Part shown: positions 8,399 through 15,408 of the stretch, piece by piece
Numbering within the stretch: the stretch's first letter is position 1
Layout of the letters: each line of letters begins with the position of its first letter
IMG/VR virus record: IMGVR_UViG_3300031954_001062
Location: 1 to 25,182 of that record
DNA length: 25,182 bases
Reading direction: 5' to 3' (one strand)
Source: a virus
Taxonomy: Duplodnaviria; Caudoviricetes
The notes under the pieces: model-generated
What the model was told of the DNA's origin: nothing
What the model saw: only the letters and a program-made list of their open reading frames with translations
The model's database searches: none
Made by a program: the position numbers and the translations under genes

Positions 8399-8708
8399 GC
8401 CGCGTCACGATCTGGCGCATGTCGAATTCGGGCGCAGTGGTCGACTGCGCCTGATCCTCTGCGTTGATCGGACTCTTCGCCGGCCGGCCGAACATGTAGA
8501 AGCACGCCAGCTTGAAGGCGCTGAAGCGGATCTCGGAATTGCGGTGGTGCAGAAAAAACCGCCACTGCTTGATCATCTCGTCTTCCGGAAGATTGTTCTT
8601 CAGCAGCACGCGAATCGAGTACGTAGCCCAGTTCGGTTGTCCTGGCGCACGGCCCGAGCGCGGCACTTTGGCGTGTCCCGGTTTGAAACTGCCACCTGAT
8701 TTTCCCAC
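8382..8708 (-). CDS. terS: Probable terminase small subunit (108 aa)
   Basis: SD AGGAGG then GTG; FKPG...SGRAPGQPN N-terminal motif and YMFGRP motif seen in small terminases; overlaps the terL start. Confidence 0.7.
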   Translation of the reverse strand: MGKSGGSFKPGHAKVPRSGRAPGQPNWATYSIRVLLKNNLPEDEMIKQWRFFLHHRNSEIRFSAFKLACFYMFGRPAKSPINAEDQAQSTTAPEFDMRQIVTRHVPIQ

Positions 8709-9377
8709 TTACAATCCTCCTACGTTGGGCGACTGCAGCAGCTTGGCCCACATCGTTCCTGGTCCACCGGTAAACGCGGTGGTGTTCACGCGCGCGAAGC
8801 GTGCGTTCTGCGGCACCGTGCCGATGATCGATCCGGTCAGCGTGGTCTGCGAAGTGCCAACGATGGTGTACTGCGCGTCGACATCATCGACCGCGGTTTC
8901 CAGTTGCAGCGCGACCGTGGCCGCCGTGCAGGCCCACACCATACTGAGTAACTGTCCGCCGGCGGGATCGAGCGCGAACTGCAAACCTTTCCCGACTACG
9001 GTAGTTTCGCCGACGTCGGTCATGATCTGCACGACCTGGCCGCCGTCAGGCGTTTGCGTGAAGGTGGCGCCGCCGGTCGAGTAGCCGATGGTGCCGATGC
9101 CTTGCGCGTTGATGGTCACGGCAGTGAGTGCGACCGAAGCCACGTTCACGCCGGTCGCGGTGCCAGTGACATTCACGAGCGCGCCAACCGCGGGAATATT
9201 TCCTTCCACCATCTTGACGTTGAGCACCACGGCGCCGGCGGTGTCAGTGACGCCGGTGATGTACATGCGCGCCGGCTGCTGTCCAAGCGGAAAGCTGCCC
9301 CAGGAATACGACGGCAGTCCGATGGTGAAGCCGCGGCGCGGGGTGATACTGGGCGGAACGGTCACGAATGGCGGCAT
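8709..9377 (-). CDS. Probable virion structural protein (222 aa, Thr/Val/Gly-rich)
   Basis: SD AGGAGG then ATG at 9377 (MPPFVTVPP...); beta-strand-like composition with few charged residues. Confidence 0.6.
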   Translation of the reverse strand: MPPFVTVPPSITPRRGFTIGLPSYSWGSFPLGQQPARMYITGVTDTAGAVVLNVKMVEGNIPAVGALVNVTGTATGVNVASVALTAVTINAQGIGTIGYSTGGATFTQTPDGGQVVQIMTDVGETTVVGKGLQFALDPAGGQLLSMVWACTAATVALQLETAVDDVDAQYTIVGTSQTTLTGSIIGTVPQNARFARVNTTAFTGGPGTMWAKLLQSPNVGGL

Positions 9378-9378
9378 G

Positions 9379-9927
9379 TCATCCTCCTGGCCCTTGCGGA
9401 CCTGCCGGCCCACGCGGCCCAACCGATCCTGGCGCGCCTTGCGGACCGAGATCGCCCTTGGGACCAACGGCGCCGCGTTCGCCTGGCAAACCTTGCGGAC
9501 CGCGTTGCCCGGTTTGTCCTGGCGGCCCTTCCGGCCCACGATCGCCTTTTTCTCCCGAGGCTCCGGTGTGGCCAGTCGCGCCGGCGGGACCGGCGGGACC
9601 AACGGCACCTCGATCACCGCGCAAGCTCTTCCACTGGCCGCTCGGTGCCAGCATGCGCACATCGCGCCCGACGAACCACAGATCGCCCGGCTTGGCCTCG
9701 CGCGGCTCTTCTTCCTGCTCGAAGGTTTCCATCGGACCGCCTGGCAATCCGCGTTCACCTCGCGGACCAGGCGTGCCGGCGGTGCCTTCGCCAAGCTGCG
9801 CGCGAATTCCGTGTGTATCCACGGCGTAGATCTTTCCATCGAGTGCGCGATAGATACGCAGCGCGCCGTTCTCGGGCGCCGGCGGCGGCGGAATAGCTTT
9901 GAGGTCGATGCAATCTTGGAAGCTCAT
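9379..9927 (-). CDS. Collagen triple-helix repeat protein (182 aa), probable fibre/decoration
   Basis: About 5 plus 26 Gly-X-Y triplets separated by an [12 protein letters not shown] motif; ATG at 9927 overlaps the upstream stop (ATGA). Confidence 0.85.
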   Translation of the reverse strand: MSFQDCIDLKAIPPPPAPENGALRIYRALDGKIYAVDTHGIRAQLGEGTAGTPGPRGERGLPGGPMETFEQEEEPREAKPGDLWFVGRDVRMLAPSGQWKSLRGDRGAVGPAGPAGATGHTGASGEKGDRGPEGPPGQTGQRGPQGLPGERGAVGPKGDLGPQGAPGSVGPRGPAGPQGPGG

Positions 9928-10187
9928 ACGGTCCACGTCAGCAGCGGCGGCGTTTGTGTCGACGGTGGCTGCAGCGCCTGCCACGCTGCGAGCAGCAGCG
10001 GCGTCATGGTGTTCTGGTAGAGAATCGCGGTGGGCTGGTTGATTACCTTGAACCAGGTGGTCACGACAACGGGCACACCGTCGACAGTGGCGTTCACGAC
10101 CACGGCCGGATCGGGATTGCCGGCCGTCGGTCCGGTGGTGCCTGGCGGCAGAATCTGCTGGCTGGTGATGACGTAGGTGTGCGCCAT
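9924..10187 (-). CDS. Hypothetical protein, possibly virion-associated (87 aa)
   Basis: Tightly packed in the operon; Thr/Val/Pro-rich. Confidence 0.7.
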   Translation of the reverse strand: MAHTYVITSQQILPPGTTGPTAGNPDPAVVVNATVDGVPVVVTTWFKVINQPTAILYQNTMTPLLLAAWQALQPPSTQTPPLLTWTV

Positions 10188-10188
10188 T

Positions 10189-11310
10189 TTATTCTTCCGT
10201 TCCGCAACACGTGACGCGCACGTTTCCGGCAGTGAGCGCCGCGGACAAATTCACGTTCAGCACGTTGTTGATGGTCGACGAAAGAATGCCGTTGCCGAGA
10301 TCGGTCCAGCCGGAATCGTACCATCCGGCAAACACCGTGCCGGCGGTGGTGGGCACGAACAGGTCGTGCGCGATGTTGACGGCCACGGCGGCATCCTGAA
10401 ACGAAATGGTCAGCACCGCGCCGGCGCCGAGCGTGGCGTTTTCGGTGACCATCACGCGGTAACGCATCAGCCGGAATTTCTTTCCAGCCGTCGGCGTCCA
10501 CACCGCGGTATTGCCCGAGGCGGTGGCCTGCGCCGTCTTGAACGTATTCGGCGTGCGCAGCATGTTCATCACGTTCGTGCCGACGGATACGCCCAGGCCC
10601 ACGCCTAACCAGCCGGTCACGATGGCGCTTGCATTGTTCATGCCGATCGGCATGTAGCAGGTTTGCGCATCCGCGATGCCCGACCCGGACATCAAGGCGG
10701 TAGGCACGGGAGAAGTCGGAAAAGCACCGACAACCTGAATGCCGATCTGCGGCGGCTGGTTGCAGGCCGTGACCGCGAGTTCCACGGTCGGCGTGTTCGC
10801 CGTGTTGTTGGACATCTGGATCTTCCAGTAGCGCTGCCGGATGGCCAGAACGACCTGAAATTCGCCGGGGTTCAGGGTGTTGTTCGCAAAAATCGTGTTT
10901 TGCGTGTTCGTGTTGCTGGTATCGTCGGTGGCGAATACGACGAGCGCGCTACCCATGGAGATGGCGCCGCTGTTGTTGGATTGGGAGATCTCGAGGAACA
11001 CCGTACCGTCGAGCGTGGTGTCGTTCCATCCTGAATCGAAATACGGCGAGGTATTGCCGGGAATCGCCGCAGGCCCGAAAAGAATCGAGCCGGATTTGCG
11101 GATGCGTTCGTTCAACGCGTTCGAGGTGGTGCCGAGCGGATTGGTGCCATCAAACAGTTCCACAGGCAGAGCGGCCGCGGGAGTCGCGGCCACGGTGTTG
11201 CCCGCGACCTGCGTGACGTTGACCGCGCCACCGCCGCCGCCCGATCCGGTCGTGCGGATCTCTTCTGTGGCGTCGACGGTGATGCGCAGCGCGTTGGGAA
11301 TCGAAGCCAT
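10189..11310 (-). CDS. Probable virion structural/spike protein (373 aa)
   Basis: Thr/Asn/Ala/Gly-rich with beta-sandwich-like segments; TGATG coupling to the upstream gene. Confidence 0.6.
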   Translation of the reverse strand: MASIPNALRITVDATEEIRTTGSGGGGGAVNVTQVAGNTVAATPAAALPVELFDGTNPLGTTSNALNERIRKSGSILFGPAAIPGNTSPYFDSGWNDTTLDGTVFLEISQSNNSGAISMGSALVVFATDDTSNTNTQNTIFANNTLNPGEFQVVLAIRQRYWKIQMSNNTANTPTVELAVTACNQPPQIGIQVVGAFPTSPVPTALMSGSGIADAQTCYMPIGMNNASAIVTGWLGVGLGVSVGTNVMNMLRTPNTFKTAQATASGNTAVWTPTAGKKFRLMRYRVMVTENATLGAGAVLTISFQDAAVAVNIAHDLFVPTTAGTVFAGWYDSGWTDLGNGILSSTINNVLNVNLSAALTAGNVRVTCCGTEE

Positions 11311-11846
11311 CAGAGTGACGGTTCGACGGTGTAGTAGGCGGTGATGTGCAGCGTGCCGTTGCCGGTGGTGGGATTCGCAGTGGCTTTGCCGATGTTCAGC
11401 GGCGCATTGTCTTCGGTCGGCGGATTGCCGGCGGTTCCGGTGATGCCGGCGCCAGCCGCGGAGGCCAGGAAGTCCAGCATCTGCGTGCGACGATTCGGCG
11501 CGGTGGTCACCAGGATGATGTTGTTATTCGCGAGCGCGGCCGAGATGTTGGCGCCGACGGTGAACGAAATGGCGCCGCCGCCGCCGTCCACATACGCCGC
11601 CGCACCGGCGAGCATGCGCAGGATCAGCGTGCGCGGCACGATCATCCAGCCGGTGATGCCAGGCGCCGGCACGATGGTCACCGCGGTAGTGAACAGCGCG
11701 AGAATCTGCGCGGAGGTCAGCGTGACGTCGGCGACTTGCAAGCCAACCGATCCTTGCGGACCTACGGCAAAGTCAGGGCCAGCCTGGCCGCCTATAAAAT
11801 TCGGATTCAGCATCGGGGTCAATGCAGGTGCAAACGGTGGTGCCAT
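11310..11846 (-). CDS. Probable virion (head decoration-like) protein (178 aa)
   Basis: SD AAGGAG; the VTLTSAQILAL..TAVTIVPAPG motif recalls small phage structural proteins; beta-rich. Confidence 0.6.
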   Translation of the reverse strand: MAPPFAPALTPMLNPNFIGGQAGPDFAVGPQGSVGLQVADVTLTSAQILALFTTAVTIVPAPGITGWMIVPRTLILRMLAGAAAYVDGGGGAISFTVGANISAALANNNIILVTTAPNRRTQMLDFLASAAGAGITGTAGNPPTEDNAPLNIGKATANPTTGNGTLHITAYYTVEPSL

Positions 11847-11858
11847 TCTTTTTTCTCC

Positions 11859-12083
11859 TTATCGATCGGTGACCAGTTCGAGGACCACGTAGCCTCCGGA
11901 ATTGCGCGGCTCCCACCACTGCGTGACACGCGCATACAACTTCGCGGACGTGAAGTGCCGGCGCTTGCCGGTGCCGCGCGCGCGCAGCGTGAGATCCCGG
12001 CCGTGCATCGTCAAAGCCTTCTCGATGGGAATGCGGCCGATGAAGAATCCGTAAGCGTCGAATAGTGGAACGGTGGGAGACAC
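11859..12083 (-). CDS. Hypothetical basic protein (74 aa)
   Basis: GTG start with AGGA upstream; fills the gap in the operon. Confidence 0.6.
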   Translation of the reverse strand: MSPTVPLFDAYGFFIGRIPIEKALTMHGRDLTLRARGTGKRRHFTSAKLYARVTQWWEPRNSGGYVVLELVTDR

Positions 12084-12084
12084 T

Positions 12085-12158
12085 TCAGGCGTCCTGTTTT
12101 CTCCGCATGTTTCGCCCCGCGGAGGCCCATGTAGGGTAGGCGCCTGATGACCTGATGA
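12085..12158 (-). promoter_or_regulatory. Structured leader (three-way junction) upstream of the late gene block
   Basis: Pairings 12085-12095/12138-12147, 12101-12106/12119-12124 and 12126-12128/12134-12136; the outer stem includes the AGGA of the downstream RBS. Confidence 0.45.
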
Positions 12159-12167
12159 CTCGAGAGA

Positions 12168-12488
12168 TTAAGCGTTGTCTGGATCGCGCGTCAAGGTCGG
12201 CACGTACGAGACTTGCGTGTTCTTAAACCGCCGGCTCGGCACGGAGGCCTCCTGGATGAGCTTGGCGCCCTGGTGCGCGTCGCATAAACTCCCGCCGGCC
12301 TTGCGGATGCGATGCTTCGAGCACATTGGCAGAGTGCAGCCAGGGAACTGGCAGCGATGGATCCCAGGCATCGCGCACTTATAGCAGCTCGGATCGCCTA
12401 TCGGATGAAATATGCGCGGCTTCGACTGCTGCGCTTGCGGAATCCAGTTGCGCGTGGGTCGTTTCGTTTTACTGCCGCGGCGTTTCAT
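12168..12488 (-). CDS. Cys/His-rich double Zn-finger (B-box-like) protein (106 aa)
   Basis: CxxC-x7-C-x4-C-x4-CxxH-x9-CxxH; basic N-terminus; ATGA coupling at 12488. Confidence 0.7.
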   Translation of the reverse strand: MKRRGSKTKRPTRNWIPQAQQSKPRIFHPIGDPSCYKCAMPGIHRCQFPGCTLPMCSKHRIRKAGGSLCDAHQGAKLIQEASVPSRRFKNTQVSYVPTLTRDPDNA

Positions 12489-12685
12489 CGCCAGTACACC
12501 ACGGTTGAGTGATGCTGGCCTTCGTGGCCGTCGACGAGATCGCACTCGAGCTGCACGGGCACGCCATCGATTGTGGCTTCCCAACGTTCCGTGCACTTCA
12601 GCTGCGGATGCGGATCTTCTTTGGGCGTAGTCCAGCCGCGGCCGAGGCCCAAGCGATCGCGGATGATGCGCAGGATGTCACTCAT
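12485..12685 (-). CDS. Small protein with C...CxLxxGHxGxH motif (66 aa)
   Basis: KCTE...ECDLVDGHEGQH; ATGA coupling. Confidence 0.7.
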   Translation of the reverse strand: MSDILRIIRDRLGLGRGWTTPKEDPHPQLKCTERWEATIDGVPVQLECDLVDGHEGQHHSTVVYWR

Positions 12686-12891
12686 GGTCCACCCTCCACC
12701 CGGCGCACCGATTTGTAGTCACCGCTCTCGATCTGATCGGCGATGCGATCGATGTTCTGCTCGACCGAGAGCCGGCCGAAGCGGATGGCGTTAGCAATCT
12801 CGCGCGCGGTGATCGAGGCGCCCAGGATCCAGCCGAGCCCGAGAGCGCCGGCCAGCAGCAAGAAGGAAATAAAAAAGAGGAATGCGCTCAT
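12682..12891 (-). CDS. Small membrane protein (69 aa)
   Basis: N-terminal hydrophobic helix; ATGA coupling. Confidence 0.7.
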   Translation of the reverse strand: MSAFLFFISFLLLAGALGLGWILGASITAREIANAIRFGRLSVEQNIDRIADQIESGDYKSVRRVEGGP

Positions 12892-13082
12892 GGCTTGCTC
12901 TTGTTGCGATGCGTCGGCGTGCGGCCGATGTCGTAGACCTTGCGCAGCACCGCATCGCGCAGATCCTCGGCGAAGTCTTCGCAGGCCTGGCGATCGGCAG
13001 CGTCATCGAGCTTGTGACTGAAGATCAGCACCTGTGTGCGTACGAAGTCGGCGAGCTTGCGAGAAGCGACTTTGAATTCCAT
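12888..13082 (-). CDS. Hypothetical protein (64 aa)
   Basis: Helical, coupled to the downstream gene; weak SD. Confidence 0.55.
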   Translation of the reverse strand: MEFKVASRKLADFVRTQVLIFSHKLDDAADRQACEDFAEDLRDAVLRKVYDIGRTPTHRNKSKP

Positions 13083-13088
13083 GTGCTA

Positions 13089-13173
13089 TGGTGAAGACGG
13101 CCGTGGCGCAGCGACGAGTTACTTCGATGATCACGCCAAACGATCCTCGGCGCGAACGTTCCCGGCCGTCTCC
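13089..13173 (-). other. 85-nt intergenic structured element (11-bp closing stem plus 3' ACCA)
   Basis: GGAGACGGCCG pairs with CGGCCGTCTTC, followed by ACCA on the minus strand; internal hairpin CGCCGAG/TTTGGCG. Confidence 0.35.
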
Positions 13174-13179
13174 CTCCTC

Positions 13180-13536
13180 TCAGTTGGTCTTCGCAGTCAC
13201 TACCGGATCGGACGTAGCGTCATACGGTGACGGAAATGCGCCGCCACCTCCACCACCGCCTGGACCTGGTGCGCCGCACGGTCCACCGCCGCTCGAGCAC
13301 GGCTGGCCGGCCTGGCCGACGATGTAGTCGCCGGCCTTGGCGATCAGATAGCCGAGGATCCCTTCGCAGATCGGACCGCACGCTTTCGGTGACGCCGGCG
13401 CGATCGAGAATGCCGATCCGCCGCCGCCGCCGCCAGGCTCACTCGGAACGCCGTGCAGGCTGACGAGGATCCATACGATCGGAACCATCGACAGCATGAA
13501 CAGCAACGACATACCAACGATTGTCTTTCGGTTCAT
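13180..13536 (-). CDS. Secreted or membrane-anchored Gly/Pro/Cys-rich protein (118 aa)
   Basis: SD GAAAGGAG; MNRK plus a hydrophobic stretch; poly-Gly linkers around CGPICEGILGYLIAKAGDYIVG. Confidence 0.75.
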   Translation of the reverse strand: MNRKTIVGMSLLFMLSMVPIVWILVSLHGVPSEPGGGGGGSAFSIAPASPKACGPICEGILGYLIAKAGDYIVGQAGQPCSSGGGPCGAPGPGGGGGGGAFPSPYDATSDPVVTAKTN

Positions 13537-13573
13537 TGCGACTTCTCCTTTCGAACAGTTGACTGGGGAGCTT

Positions 13574-13828
13574 TCATCGCGGTACAGCCTTTAGCAAACG
13601 ATAGTAGCGGTGCGCCGTATTCAGATCGAAACCGTATTTCCGCGCAATCACGATGATCGCGCCGATGCGTCGCTCGAGTTCGTCGGCAAGCGCGGCCCCG
13701 ATGCGTTCTGCTTCACGATCCATTTCTTTCGACAAAGCAAAAGCGCGCCGTGGATAATGCCCGTCGTCAAGCAATTCCGCGAAGCGCCAGATCATGCGTT
13801 CGTAGCGGGTGATGCGCAGCTTATTCAC
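13574..13828 (-). CDS. Hypothetical protein (84 aa)
   Basis: SD GGAGG then GTG at 13828, overlapping the upstream stop (GTGA). Confidence 0.65.
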   Translation of the reverse strand: MNKLRITRYERMIWRFAELLDDGHYPRRAFALSKEMDREAERIGAALADELERRIGAIIVIARKYGFDLNTAHRYYRLLKAVPR

Positions 13829-14037
13829 GTCGTCCTCCGCTGCAGATTGTCCGCCTGGTTCCACCACTCGAAGTACGCACGCGCAGTCTGACACGAATGG
13901 TTGCCGTGGTGGCCAGGATCTTTCGTGCAGCGCACCTGGAAGATCCCGACGCGTTTGCGCTGCGCCGGCGTGAGCTCCTCGAGCTGCTCACGGCCAGGGC
14001 GCAGCATCAGCACGCCGCAGATGGGCCGCTTATCCAT
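13825..14037 (-). CDS. Small protein with C...CxxxxGHxGxH motif (70 aa)
   Basis: ICG...RCTKDPGHHGNH, the same motif type as 12485..12685. Confidence 0.65.
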   Translation of the reverse strand: MDKRPICGVLMLRPGREQLEELTPAQRKRVGIFQVRCTKDPGHHGNHSCQTARAYFEWWNQADNLQRRTT

Positions 14038-14299
14038 GCTGTTCGTCCCACGTTTTCGCCGGCGGTTGTTTGGCGATGAACTCGAGCAGCATCTTGATCA
14101 TGTCCTCGCGGTCGGCGTTCGATACATAGGTCATCTCGCCACGCTCGCCGAAGCTGAACAGAAACAGCGCGAAGCCCCACTTCTCGCCGGCGAATTTTTT
14201 ATTGTTCTGTGCGGTGGCGCGACCGAGCGCTGCGGCGATGTCGCGCGCAGTCTGTTCCATCAGGCGGATGCGTTCCGGATCGACGGGATATTCTTTCAC
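14030..14299 (-). CDS. Phage hypothetical protein (89 aa)
   Basis: GFALFLFSFG...TYVSNADREDMIKML pattern recalled from phage hypotheticals; SD AAAGGAAG. Confidence 0.7.
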   Translation of the reverse strand: MKEYPVDPERIRLMEQTARDIAAALGRATAQNNKKFAGEKWGFALFLFSFGERGEMTYVSNADREDMIKMLLEFIAKQPPAKTWDEQHG

Positions 14300-14302
14300 G
14301 GC

Positions 14303-14542
14303 TCACTTCCTTTCCCGCTGGAGCGCGGCGCGTGTACGCTCGCACAAATCACATCCACACGACCACATACCGCGACCTTCAGGACTGTGCCCACCGTCCA
14401 AATATTCTTTCAGCAAGTCCCGCAACTCCCCGGCTGGCTGCGTTGGTGCGGCTGCAGCCCACACCGGTTCTGCCGTGAACTCGATCTCCACAAGATTTTC
14501 TCCTTGTGTCGGCACGTCGTGGAAAAAGATGGTCGCTTTCAT
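14303..14542 (-). CDS. Hypothetical protein with H...CxCxxC motif (79 aa)
   Basis: SD AAGGAG; ATGA coupling. Confidence 0.65.
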   Translation of the reverse strand: MKATIFFHDVPTQGENLVEIEFTAEPVWAAAAPTQPAGELRDLLKEYLDGGHSPEGRGMWSCGCDLCERTRAALQRERK

Positions 14543-14874
14543 TTCGATCGCTCCTTCACTGCCAGCTCGAGCTTTTGAATCGCCTGGCGCATGAGCTCGA
14601 GCGCATCGAGCAGCTTGTCGCTACTCGCCGGCGCGCGTGGAATCTGCGCACGCGGCACGCCGTTGCTTTTCTCGGCCTGGCGCTTCTTGCAATTGTCGAA
14701 GTGCGCCTGAAAGCGATCGTTGCCGAGATCCTCCATCGGCATCGGTTTGTCGTTGTGCGTCTTCCACCACACGATCGGCGCGCCACAATGTTTGCATTCC
14801 GCCTCGGTCTCGCGGCGATAGCCGGCGGCCTCGAGTAGCTTCGCGAATTGTGGTAGTGCGGGATTGATGCTCAT
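14539..14874 (-). CDS. Zn-finger protein (CxxCGAxIxW...HFxxC, 111 aa)
   Basis: CKHCGAPIVWWKT..KPMP..AHFDNC, a common phage C2HC pattern; SD AAGGAG. Confidence 0.75.
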   Translation of the reverse strand: MSINPALPQFAKLLEAAGYRRETEAECKHCGAPIVWWKTHNDKPMPMEDLGNDRFQAHFDNCKKRQAEKSNGVPRAQIPRAPASSDKLLDALELMRQAIQKLELAVKERSK

Positions 14875-15047
14875 TTCGGTTTCTCCTTTTCGTCGGACAG
14901 ATGGAATAGATCGTTACACCTTTTTCGCGGGGAAATGGTGCGCACGCGCTGTCGTGGCCGCGGCGCCAGGCGGCAGTACTTGACGTGGCGTTTCAGCTCG
15001 TGGAGGGGCAAATCTCGTCGTCGGCACCAAGGGCAGAAGACGTCCAT
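14871..15047 (-). CDS. Small C2HC Zn-finger protein (58 aa)
   Basis: MDVFCPWC...HVKYC; ATG 1 nt after the upstream stop. Confidence 0.55.
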   Translation of the reverse strand: MDVFCPWCRRRDLPLHELKRHVKYCRLAPRPRQRVRTISPRKRCNDLFHLSDEKEKPK

Positions 15048-15048
15048 G

Positions 15049-15228
15049 TCAGCGTTCCGAAGCCGGCAGTTTGGGGCAGGTAAAGCGGATGTGCGCAAGG
15101 ATCTCTTTGGGAGGATCAGTAGGACGGGGTTTCTTGCCACACCAGGGGCACTGGGGCTCGGGTAATCGCCATCCGGAATCATTGGGGTAGTGCTGCCGAA
15201 ACCAGCCTTCTACGAGCTTGCTGTGCAT
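15049..15228 (-). CDS. Small C2HC Zn-finger protein (59 aa)
   Basis: SD AGGAGG then ATG at 15228; CPWC...HIRFTC. Confidence 0.65.
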   Translation of the reverse strand: MHSKLVEGWFRQHYPNDSGWRLPEPQCPWCGKKPRPTDPPKEILAHIRFTCPKLPASER

Positions 15229-15261
15229 GGATCCTCCTGATCGGACCAGGCCGCAACTTCT

Positions 15262-15306
15262 CTCGGAAAAGCCGCCGCTCATCGAGCGAGAGCGGCTTTT
15301 CCCGAG
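15262..15306. terminator. Strong inverted repeat, probably a terminator
   Basis: GGAAAAGCCGC...GCGGCTTTTCC with an inner hairpin, downstream of the primase-helicase. Confidence 0.55.
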
Positions 15307-15313
15307 CTCGAGG

Positions 15314-15408
15314 GGTGTGAGGCGCCTCTCTCATACCTTTTCTCTATAGGTGTGAGACCTGAGACCCCCCCCCTCTCACACCCGGGTGAGACCCCCGTGT
15401 GAGACCCC
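15314..15408. repeat. Iteron-like repeat cluster, putative replication origin
   Basis: Seven (GG)TGTGAGA(CC)-like copies, five direct and two inverted, around a T-rich core, immediately after the primase-helicase stop. Confidence 0.7.

Noticed and set aside
9378-9839. N-terminal extension of ORF 8709..9839
   Set aside because: It is an Arg-rich alternative-frame read of the collagen gene; a strong SD supports the start at 9377.
12143-12170. CTGATGA twice, resembling a hammerhead ribozyme core
   Set aside because: No GAAA follows a stem II on the same strand and no stems I/III can be formed.
13089-13173. Canonical tRNA gene
   Set aside because: No TTCRA T-loop in position and no D or anticodon arm; kept only as an unexplained structured element.
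15314-15408. CRISPR array
   Set aside because: Repeats are about 7-12 nt, irregularly spaced and in both orientations; no cas genes. The nuclease at 18749..19381 lacks the Cas4 cysteine cluster.
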